Of a stretch of DNA of 64,000 nt, positions 14,562 through 26,207 are shown piece after piece (within the stretch, counting starts at the first letter, position 1; the number at the start of each line of letters is the position of its first letter). A model generated the notes under the pieces. It saw only the letters and a program-made list of their open reading frames with translations, made no database searches and was not told the origin of the DNA. The DNA is taken from the NCBI RefSeq assembly GCF_009914755.1, contig NC_060934.1; one strand, written 5' to 3'. A program made the translations under genes and the position numbers. Origin of the DNA: the human T2T-CHM13v2.0 reference genome, Homo sapiens.

Positions 14562-14802
14562 GCTGTTGGCTTCAGAGCCATGGTGGCCTGATAATCTACA
14601 TCGGCAAAAGGGATCAACATGGATGCATCCTGTACTATAACTCTTCCTCACTTGAGTCAGCAGAGAGTTTAAGACTTTGAGACTCTGGAAGACTGGGAGG
14701 CAGGGCCCTGGCTGCAAGGGAGTCTGAGGAACGTCCTTGTTAGCTGTCCAGGCTCTGCGGTGAAGGAAACACTCCAGAAGGAGCTGCAAAAATGCTGACT
14801 GA

Positions 14803-14921
14803 TGGATGCAGCACACCAGCATGGCACATGTATACATAGGTAACTAACCTGCACATTGTGCACATGTACCCTAAAACTTAAAGTATAATAATAATAATAA
14901 TAAAAGAAACAATTCCAAAAA
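14803..14921 (+). mobile_element. Severely 5'-truncated young L1 (L1PA2/3-like) with bipartite tail
   Basis: gcagcacaccagcatggcacatg...ccctaaaacttaaagtataat; perfect 15-bp TSD aaaaatgctgactga at 14788-14802 and 14922-14936. Confidence 0.93.
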
Positions 14922-15199
14922 AAAAATGCTGACTGAGTCTATCTACTGTATCCACCCAAGTGATAATTTTTTGCAGAGCAATTGGTTCTCTTCTCACTTA
15001 CAGACCCCCCCTGTTGCAGCCAGCTAAGTGCTTTCTATACACAGCACTCAACAGACAGCTGGCAGAATCATGTGTGTATCTTCTCTGCACCAGGTGTGTG
15101 TTAGAAGATCAGAATACAGTGCTGACCCAGGAAGACAAGGTCCCTGCCCTTTGATTTCCCTCAAGTGAACAGACACGAGAAATTAACAAGTGAACATTC

Positions 15200-15800
15200 T
15201 CACTCAGTCCCATCTTTCTTCCCTTCAATCCATTCTCAACAGCACATCTGGAGAAATCCTTTGAAAAACACAAATCAGTTCACACACATTCCCCTGCTTA
15301 GATTATTTCCATAGTTTTGCCTTGCCCTTGGAAAAAAGCCAGACCTCCTCATCAATCCTGACAAGAGCCTCGCACCATCTGGTGTCTGCCTATCTCTGAT
15401 GCTTCCCCACTTGCTAACTACGCCACATCAGTGTCCTCTCTGCTTTTTGGAGCATAACAAGTTCCATCCTATCTCTGTCTTTGATTTTGAGCTTTCCTAG
15501 CTCACTGCTCAACTGGTTCCTTCTCAGCTTCCGGCATGTGGCTAAAATGCTACCTTTTCAGGAAGGTTCTCTCTAATCCTAAGATAAAATCCCCACCTCA
15601 GCCCAGTTTTTCTACATCATATTGCTTTGCTTATTTATCCCCACTTATCACAATCTGAAGTTAGCCTGTGTATACATTTGTGTGTTTCTCTTTCCTGTCC
15701 ATGAGACCAGAGGCCTTGCCTACCTGGCTCAGTGCTTTACCCCAAACTCAGCACAGCACCTGCGTATAGCAGGAGCTCAAGAAATATTTGTTGAGGAGCT
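15200..15800 (+). mobile_element. L2a 3' region
   Basis: aatccattctc...aaacacaaatcagttcac...gcacctgcgtatagcaggagctcaagaaatatttgttga. Confidence 0.75.
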
Positions 15801-16881
15801 GTTACTGACAGATTGGTACATTTTTTAAAAATAGCTACATTCATGGAAAGTCAGGTTTGCATTCATTATTTAGATGAAAGAAATTGAACCTAAAAATGAA
15901 GCATTATTTGGGATAGCTATGGAGTTTAGGAAAATTAAAGCAGAGAGTTCAAGGCAACTGGCAGTCATCAAACCATACAGGTCAGCTATTCTGGGAAAAA
16001 AAATGTGGGCTGGCATTGGGGTAAAAAGGCCAGGCCAAAAACTGTCCAGTAATACACATGATCTCACACTTGTTTACAGGTTATTTTGAGGCTGTTCTCT
16101 TCCTGTTCCCAGTGAGTGATCTTCCTGCTCACAGTGAGATCACTTACTCACTGAGAGCAGAGACCTCTGTCTTTCTGCAGTGGCCCCCAGTGCTCCCAGT
16201 AGCTCTAAGAGCAGCTTCCTGCTCCTTGTTTAAGTTCTCTAAGGATGGAAGATGCTAAGCACTGGGAAGGCTTGACTTTCATGCTTTTGCATGGCGCCAC
16301 CAGGTAGGATGGCCAACCATCTGGATTCCTTGGAACTGGGGAGGTTCCTGGATACGGGGCCTTCAGTTTTAAAACCGGAACAACCCAGGGAACAAATCAG
16401 AGTACAGTCATCTTTCCATGGGGGCACTAGAAAGAAGGTGGCTTCATTCTTATTTTTGCTGATGGTCTCAGTCCGACCAGCTTGCTTCAGCCCATGTCAT
16501 ACTCCATTTACTCACTTGTAACTAATCTTTGTTATTTTGCCCTCCCCTTGTGGCTTCATTGTGCTTCCCAATCCTCACTCTCAGCCCTGCTTCTCTGACT
16601 TCCCTCGTTGACAGTGTCTGGATTCTTTCTCTGATTGTGTCATACTGCAACACTCTTACATCACCTGATCCATCTTGCCCCCTGGGATCTTGGGGGTTCT
16701 ACCCCCACCCCAGGCCTCCAAGAAGCCCCGTTGTCACACTTGCCCCATGAGTAGTGGTAGGACATTGAGTGATGAGAATTATCTATGAATACAATTATGG
16801 TGATACACCTCTGACTGCACAGCTCAGAAAAAAAAGGCCAAAATATTCAGGAGTTATCTGGTGACCCTCTATCATACAGAG

Positions 16882-17164
16882 GAGGAGTCTGAAAACTTTC
16901 TCTGTAAAGGGACAGATGGCAAATATTTTGGGCTCTGCAGACCATGCAGTCTCTGTCATAAGCGTGCAACTCTGCCGTTGTGGCAGGAAAACAGCTGTAG
17001 ACAATATGGCAACAGAGACTGCATGGCCTGCAAAGCCTAAAATATTTGCTATCTGTTCCTTTACAGAGGAATTTCTCAATTTTTATGTGTTCCAATAAAA
17101 CTTTATTTACAAATATAGGCAATGGGCCTAATTTGGCCCATGGGCCATAGTTTGTGGATCCCTG
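16882..17164. mobile_element. MER58A (hAT-Charlie) carrying an internal inverted self-copy
   Basis: aaactttctctgtaaagggacagatggcaaatatttt...tgtgttccaataaaactttatttacaaa...tagtttgtggatccctg. Confidence 0.9.
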
Positions 17165-17529
17165 ATGTAGAACAGCCTTCTAGATGATTTTTAAATTTTT
17201 TATTGAGTCTATAAAAGTTTTTTTTGTCCTCACCACTCATGGATCAGCCATAGCTCCGCACACACAATTTACACATCTTCTTCCTAATAACCCTCCTTAC
17301 CTCTCTTAATTTTTCATAGTCATTTTCCTGTGCTTATGGAAACTTTTACTCCACAAAAATTAACTCTTGCACCAAGACACACGGAAAGAAAGACTGTGTG
17401 GTACTTATTTCTAGAAGGATGTTTAACACACATTTGTAATATGAAAGATAGTTAGGGAGTTAGAGTGAACTGTTAGGATAACTGAAATTAATACACGGTT
17501 ACTGCTTTGTTAGATTAATAGGGCTCTGA

Positions 17530-18330
<801 letters not shown>

Positions 18331-18543
18331 TTAATGTTCCTGAGCAAAGCAGTATCTTCATCACATATTTTGAAATGTGCTTCGCTGAAAAGTGTACTTT
18401 CATACGGAAAAGGGGTGGTAGGAGAAAGAAAATGCTGATAACATTTTAAATTAATCTTTAGGAATGCACTCACAAAATGCATGGAACTGGAAACTGCTTA
18501 TATCAGATAAGAAACCTGGGAAATGAATGTGAAAAGCCAAGAA

Positions 18544-18720
18544 AGGGGAGGAGGGTGGGAGAAACGAGAGGAAGGAAAAATAACTATCAAGTACTTTGCT
18601 TAGTACCCGGGGTGACCAAATCATCTGTGTACCAAACCCTGACGTGAATTTACCTCTATAACAAACCTGCACATGTACCCCTGAGCCTCAAATAACGGTT
18701 AAAAAAAAAAAAAAAAAGAA
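18544..18720 (+). mobile_element. L1PA15-17-like 3' end with poly(A)
   Basis: tataacaaacctgcacatgtacccctgagcctcaaataa followed by an A tract. Confidence 0.85.
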
Positions 18721-18829
18721 ACGAAAGTCATGGGAAAGAAGACTGAATCTAGCAAAACGTCCTTACGTGCATTTCTCTGGTCCTGAGGTAAGATGTGGTT
18801 GCAATAGGGGTGATGACAAACAGGGCCCT

Positions 18830-19477
18830 ATAATGTTGTTGAGCCGCCTCCGCCACTTGCTTTCGGTGGAGTTATTGCAGGATGACAGAGTTCTCTGTAG
18901 CGCAGAGACAGCATATATGGGCTCATTGCTGAGCTGATTCTGCTGAGCCTAGAAAACCGAGCGCCTTAACAAGTCAATTCCACACCCCCTCGAATTTGTG
19001 CCTCGGTAGGGAGTCCTCAGCAGGAAATCCTCCATCTGTTTTCCTTTACTACAAGGGACTTCAGAGAATGAGTTCATTTCTCTTCAGACATCCTCACGTT
19101 GCTGTAAAACAGCACCGGGCTGAGTGAAGAGAAATGTCACAAGGAATACAAGAGGACGCCTTCAAACAGAGATAGCGGAGACAGTTACACTCTGAATTAG
19201 AGTCTAGCTTTGGAGAGGATTTATTTTTCTTTTGTTACTTACATCCTGGATTTGCTTTTTTTTTTTTTAAAGGCAGCTTTGTTTTTTACTATTTCTAGTA
19301 AAGCATGGACATTTGAAGAAATAAATATAAAAGGAAGATTTCTCAAAGATTTGTCCTGTTGAGTAATGAAGCATACCCTGAGGACCCAGGGAGTAGAACT
19401 AGATCAGTCTTTCTTTTTGAGCAAAAAAGCCTAATTTGAAATTCAGGATTACTTTTAAAATATCACTCAAAGTAAGT
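18830..19477 (+). promoter_or_regulatory. Candidate promoter and non-coding exon ending at donor CAAA|GTAAGT
   Basis: Unique sequence with locally more CpG; CArG-like gcatatatgg at 18911; strong donor at 19472-19477; possible acceptor t-run/aaag at 19272. Confidence 0.3.
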
Positions 19478-22400
19478 ACTTTGTCTTTGTTTTTTTTTCT
19501 CTTTTCTTCCTTCCTAACCCCCTAGTCAGCCTTTTTTGCATATTATAATCTCAATGAAGTTATCAGTCGTACTATAAATATGAGTAAAATGATTTGCCAA
19601 CTCATAAATTACTTACAAGATGAGATACTGAGTTTTCTGCTGTGAACACTGTTCAGTACTAGCAGGTAGCAGGCAATATTTATAGTAATGTTTATGTTTT
19701 TATGTCAAGACTCATTTGATTTCATTAACATGTCATGTGAATATCTTTTGCCTCATTTCCTCCAATAATATAAACGATATTTTAACTTGGAAAATGAGCA
19801 AGCAAAAGTCTCTTCTGAAAAGAGCATTGTTGCCCTAGCAAGCAAACCAATTTATTTCAACTTTTGTCGACTTCTCTGGAATATTTAGGTACATTTGCTG
19901 AAAGATCTGTAAATCTAGAGAGTAAACTTAGCTAAAACAATAACTCTTGTGAACCCCTTTTGAAATTGCCATGAAATCATATTGCAAATGTGTAAAAATT
20001 TTTAAAAAAAACAACTCTATAGCAAAAGGATGTTGAAACATAAAAATACGTCAAACTGCTAATATCTTGGGTTGCACTATTAGGCTGAGCTACAGCTGTG
20101 TGTGTCTTGAAGCCTCCTCAGAACTCCAGGAATCCAGAGCTGTGAGGCTGATCTAGCTGTATGTGGTTAAAGGATATACAGGTAATCAGAGAGGTTATCT
20201 AGAAGGGCCCAGAATGTCCTGTTCCCTTAGGGGCTCCTAACATCTACCACCCATCCCTCTACCCTCTCGTCCTTATATAGTAGCTGTAAATCCTTAAAGT
20301 TTGCTATTGGAGGGGTCATGCTACCTCTCCCAGCAGTTATTTTGGGGAAGAGATGGCTGCTTCAATGTGCTGTCTGGCCAATGTCTGGGCAAGAAGGAAC
20401 ATTAAAATGATCTGTGCTTCCTACACATCCCAGGTCCCCTAAGTCACAAAAGCCATCACCTGTACCAAGGCTCTCTACGGACCAGCATGTCTGCAGGAGA
20501 AAGACAATGGGTGAAACCCACTTCCGTGGAAGTAGGGTGCTGCATTCTTCCTCCAGCTTTCCCTATTCTTTAGATACTGTCTGCCTCGACCTCCAAGAAA
20601 CATGATTCCTATGCGTCATCTGTTGCCATAGCCAAGTGCTCCCAGAACCGGCCTTGTTACTGGTTAGCCCTTCAGTTAAAGATCATTATCTGCCAGGCCA
20701 TCTGTTATTTTCACTTAGGAGAGTGTATTATTTCAGACCTATAGATGTCCTTTAAATTTCCCCTACATGTTGTGTAGTAACTAGATGTAGTCCAAGGGTA
20801 AAGTCCCACTGTGAACAATGGGAATCAGAGTCCCACTTTTGAGAGCATTTGTGACAATGGTATAATCTTGGATGGCCATGAACCCACCCTTGGGAGACGG
20901 GGAGGGGAATCTGAGAACAGTGAAAAATGAAATAAAATGAGAGTCTGGTTCTTGCCATACAGAACAGTGGTTGCTTTCAGTGGGATTACTTGCTTTCTGG
21001 TGTAGCTATGCTTAAGAATTCGTGCTTCTTGCTATGGGGCATAATGTTGCCCCTATAGCCTCTTTTATGAGTGCTGGCTAGCTCCCATCAACTATGGTGA
21101 TCTTGGCACGCCACCTTTACAAAAGGGAGCCATGAAGACTAGGAGTTTTCCTACCTCGCACATTCCTCCTTAACCAGTTAAGAAAATGCTCAGTAGACTT
21201 TGCCTTCTTTAACTGGCCTGTTTTCCACCTGCTAAATGAGAATATGCCTTATGACTTCTTTTCCCCCAATGGAAATTGTATTGCTGAATTTCAAAAGGCA
21301 TCAAGTCATCTCTGCAACCCTGGGGCAGCTGTCATTTGTAAAGAGAATGGTTTGCATTGAGTGGCTTTTTTATGAACCTATATTCCAGTCATATCTGAAC
21401 TGCCACATCCTGTGGTACAAGGAGATGATGATGAGGAAGATGTTGATGACATCTAGCAAGTATTGACTGACATCCTTTGCTAGGTGTGATACTAAATATT
21501 CTGTGACACTTATCACATTAAATCCTCCTTACTTTACCTGTGTAATGCAGGTAATAGAGGCAGCTCATTCACGTATTTCAATGGACAGGGGAGGAAAAAG
21601 ATCCAAGAATGATCCTGTCCACTGGCATCCTGTATTCTTTTTGTTTGCTGTTGTTGTTTCTTTCATTCAGCTGTCTAGCTTCCAAGGCTGTGGGTTGTCC
21701 AGGCTCCCTTCTCTATTACCTTCATTCATGGATAGTATTTCTAGGAGAAAACAGGTAGCCTAGCATAGGTAGCAGCCTAGGGTGGGGGTAAAGTGGAAAC
21801 AGACATTGAGACTTCAGCAGTGAGTTTTTGCTACATGTGTTGGTAATTGATTTCAGTTGTCTCTCCTCTGTGTTAACCTCTATGTAAAGTCTAACTTCAC
21901 CCATGTCATGCTTTTCTGGGCTTCAGTTTCTGCAGGGTTATGGGAATGATTAAGCCCTTGTAGCTTAAAGCATGGACATTCTTGGGAGAAAATCGCATGT
22001 TAGTGAACAAATGTGTTTTAGTTGTTTGTGTTGAACTAGATTGTCACTGGGAGCAAATAAGACACTTAGAAGACAGAATGAAGTCTTTCAAATTGTCAGA
22101 AATGAGGAGGGAGATGTCAAATTTTTTGCTCTCATGAAACATGTTTTAAGTAAAATTTACTATAACATCTACTGTCATGAAAATTTTATTAGTATACGAC
22201 AAATAGAGGTTAGCTGATTTGTAGATGATTTTTCAGCAAAATGCCTTTTTCAACAAAAGGCATGTTAAATAATCAATGAACAAGTGGATAAAGAAATAAG
22301 TTTGTAAATATGGGAAGGGAAGTCACTGGGGGTTACTAACATTTTCTTTGTTTTTCTATTGTTTCTAACCTTGGTTATGGGGGCATTTTTAGGTTAATTT

Positions 22401-22544
22401 GCCACCTTTATTACATACTCAATGATTATTTACTGAATATCTCTTGGGGCATCACTAACGGGTATGGGGGTGGGTGTGTTAGATACAGACATACATATAA
22501 CTACATAACGTGTGGTTATCTTGATGCTTTGTGTTCAATTTTTA

Positions 22545-23002
22545 AAATTATTTTTTAATTTCAATTTTTATTTTAGATTGAGAGGGTACATGTGCATGTT
22601 TGTTACATAGGTGTATTATGTGATACTGAGGTTTAAGCTTCTATTGATCCCATCACCCAGGTGTGAACATAGTACCCAATAGGAAGTTTTCAGCCCTTCC
22701 CCCCACCCTTTTGGAGTCCTTAGTGTCTCTTTTTCCTGTCTTTATGTCCATGTGTACCCAAGATTTAGCTCCTGCTTACAAGTGAGAACATGTAATATTT
22801 GGTTTTCTGTTTCTGTATTAATTCACTTAGGATAATGGCCTCCAGCTGCATCCATGTTGCTGCAAAGGACATGCTTTCATTCTTTTTTATGGCTGTGTAG
22901 TATTCCCGGGTGTATATGTACCACATTTTCTTTATCCAGTCCACCATTAATGGGCATCTAGGTTGATTCCATGTCCTTGCTACTGTGAATAGTGCTGTGA
23001 CG
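22545..23002 (-). mobile_element. L1PA17/L1PB-like 3' end
   Basis: gagggtacatgtgcatgtttgttacatagg...; ORF 22765 MVDWIKKMWYIYT is the L1 ORF2 C-terminus. Confidence 0.9.
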
Positions 23003-23179
23003 ATATGTTCAAATATTCAACATATCAGAATAGTCCATGATTATATTGGAGAACAAATGTACTGCTACCAGGTGATTATATGCTTGAAGATGGTATCCAA
23101 TGAGACAGAAAAACCAAATTCAGAAATACTATCCTCTCACAATTTTAGATTTACACACATTGAAACTAGAATGGATTTG

Positions 23180-23315
23180 GGATCATCTTATCTGACTCCT
23201 CTTTATGAATAAGAAAACCAAAGCCAGCATAACAAAATGATTTATGAAACTTCACTAATCAGCTGCAGAGCTAGAATGAGAATTCTAGCCTCTGGCCTCC
23301 AAATATAATGCTTTT
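23180..23315 (-). mobile_element. MIR fragment
   Basis: ctctttatgaataagaaaaccaaagcc...gcagagctagaatgagaattctagcctctggcctccaa. Confidence 0.6.
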
Positions 23316-23676
23316 TTTGTTTACTTTTTAGTTTTTATGTTTTAAAAGTACTATTTATTTACAATAATTAAAAAATAATGAAGCTATGCCCCCATGGTCA
23401 TGCCGATTTCATTGCTCTTTTGACTTTTAAATATTTTAATATAAAAATAATATAAAACATAATATAAAATAGTATAATAGTCATCTGCAAACCCACCACC
23501 AAAAATATGTTATTTTGCATATATTAGTTCAGAAAACTTGTAGAATAAAATAGAGCCCATTATAAATACAGTGAAAGTACAATTCTTTTCTCTCCCCCTT
23601 CCTTTCCAAGATAATTATCCTCCTAAAATTGCTACATAACTTTCCCATGTGTATTTTGGTATCTTGGCATTTTTAC

Positions 23677-23677
23677 T

Positions 23678-23714
<37 letters not shown>
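23677..23714. repeat. (TG)n microsatellite
   Basis: Near-perfect tg run. Confidence 0.95.
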
Positions 23715-23715
<1 letters not shown>

Positions 23716-24148
23716 TAACAGGCATATTCATGTCTGTATGTTGTTGTTATCTATTTGTGGTTATACTACTGTTTATTTTAAAATTTTAAAATACATAAAG
23801 CATAGTCCATATTCTTTTGTAACTTTGTTTACATTCAACATTATTTTGGGCATGTATTTATATTGATACCTATATATAGGTCCATTTATTGTAATTGCAG
23901 GATAGTATCATGTTGCATAAATAATCCAAGGTTGATTTATCCATTTTTCTACTGAGGGAAGTGTGGGTTGTCCCTGCAGTTTTGCCATTACAACCATGCT
24001 GCAGTGTTCCTTGTACACGTCTTTTATGTATGTGCTAGAATTTCTTGAGGGAAATTTTCTAGAAGTTGATCATGGGGGACACATATCTTTGTTTTACTAG
24101 ATGTTGTTAAATTGCTCTACAAACTATACTGCTTTATTTGATTATGGA

Positions 24149-24323
24149 GCAGTAGTTCTGAACTCTAGCTGCCGATGGCAGTCACCTAAGGAGCTTTTTA
24201 AAATTACCGATGCTTAAGTCCCACCCCAGACCAATTAAATCAGAATCTGTGGAGACTCGAAAATGGTATTTGTGTAAAGCTCCCCAGGTGACTGTAACAT
24301 AAAATTAGGGTTAAGATCCACTG
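24149..24323. mobile_element. MER5 (A/B) hAT-Charlie MITE
   Basis: cagtagttctgaact...cccaccccagaccaattaaatcagaatct...agctccccaggtga...ttaagatccactg. Confidence 0.85.
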
Positions 24324-25543
24324 GTTTTGTATTTGTTTCCCCATATCTTTTCCAATACTTGGAATTATCTGATATTCTTCTTTGCTAATCTCTTAGATGT
24401 AAGGACTTTCTGATTACTGGTGAAGTTGAGTATATTTGTCTAACGTTACTGAGCCTTGCATTGAGAACTGTGTTATATATTAGTATTCTGGGCAGTAATT
24501 TTGAAGGGGGTAATATATGATTTGCAAATATCGACCCCCAGTCAATGACTTTTTCCTTACTTTATTTAGGCTATCTTTTATCATATAGAAGTTAAAAGTT
24601 TTAATATAATTAAATGTCAACATTTCATTTTATGGATAAAAAATACTTTGTACTTTGGAGAATCTTAAGAAACATTTCTCCACATAATTTAATAAAGTTC
24701 TTTTTCTATGCTTTCTTTTAAATGTTTTACTTTTTCTAAATGAGATCTTTATCTAGGATTTGTATTTCTATATGATGGCATGTATTATCCTGATTTTTAT
24801 CTCTTTAGGTATGAATAAGCAATTGCCCCAGTACAATTTATTAGTTTATCATGTTTCCAACCATGTTGGACAGCTTACTTGTTTTAGAAGTTTGTAAATT
24901 ATTTTTGATTTTTAAATTAATCATTATATATGCAAATAATGGCAGTTCTGCTCATTCTTTAGTAACATTTATATATTTTTATTATTTCTTTTTCTCTTAT
25001 TGATATCATGATTAGGAACGCTTGTCCAATGTTGAATAGAAATGTTGATAACAGGCATCCTGTCTTGTTCCAGATTTAATATGAGACGCCTCTGACTTTA
25101 ACCATTAAGTATGGTATTCTCTTAGCATATGGTATATTTTATCAGGTTAATAGCTTCCCTCTATTCCTTGCTTGCTCAAAGTTCTTATCAAGAAAGTGTT
25201 TTTCATGTTATCAAATATTTTCTGTATTTATTGAGATGAACTTGTTTTTTCTCTTTTAATGCATTAACTGGTAAATTATACTAATAAATTTCCTAAAATT
25301 AAATCATTCTGCTATTCTGGGAAAAACTCTACTTGATCCCAGTTTTATAAAATATCCGTTCTAAATTTAGTTTGCTAACATTTCTTAGAATTTTTATATT
25401 CATAAATGAGACTTACTCATTTTATATTAACTTTATTCTGCCTCATAGGATGAGTTAGGAAAGATTATCTGGTTTGTTCTATTCTATGAGACTGTTTTTA
25501 CAGCATTAGATTTACCTCCCCTTAGAAAGCTGGTAGATTTGTT

Positions 25544-25835
<292 letters not shown>

Positions 25836-25871
25836 GTTGGTTGGTAAAGATTTGTCTGAAAGAATCCTATG

Positions 25872-25875
<4 letters not shown>

Positions 25876-25908
<33 letters not shown>
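25876..25908. repeat. (TG)16 microsatellite
   Basis: Perfect tg run. Confidence 0.97.
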
Positions 25909-25911
<3 letters not shown>

Positions 25912-26107
25912 AGGCTTTAACTATAAATTCACTTCCTCTTATTATTGGTTAATTCAGACTTTGTATTGCTTCTCATGTAATTGTAAGCTACATTTATAAT
26001 GAATTGACCATTTTTGGCTAGATCTTCAAATGTATTGATACAAAGTTGTTTTTGATATTTTTTCTTTTTAAAAATCTCTACCTTCTCTGTGGTCATGTCA
26101 CTTTTTT

Positions 26108-26207
26108 TACAGCTTTGTAATCAAATTCTGAGTATCAAAGTAGTCCAAGATTTTCACAATGCACTCCAGTTTTTCTTTCTACTACTCACCATAGGACCCC
26201 AGCAGCT
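26108..26207 (+). repeat. 100-bp direct copy of 28091-28190 (99/100 identical)
   Basis: tacagctttgtaatcaaattctgag...ggaccccagcagct at both sites with a single A/G difference. Confidence 0.97.
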
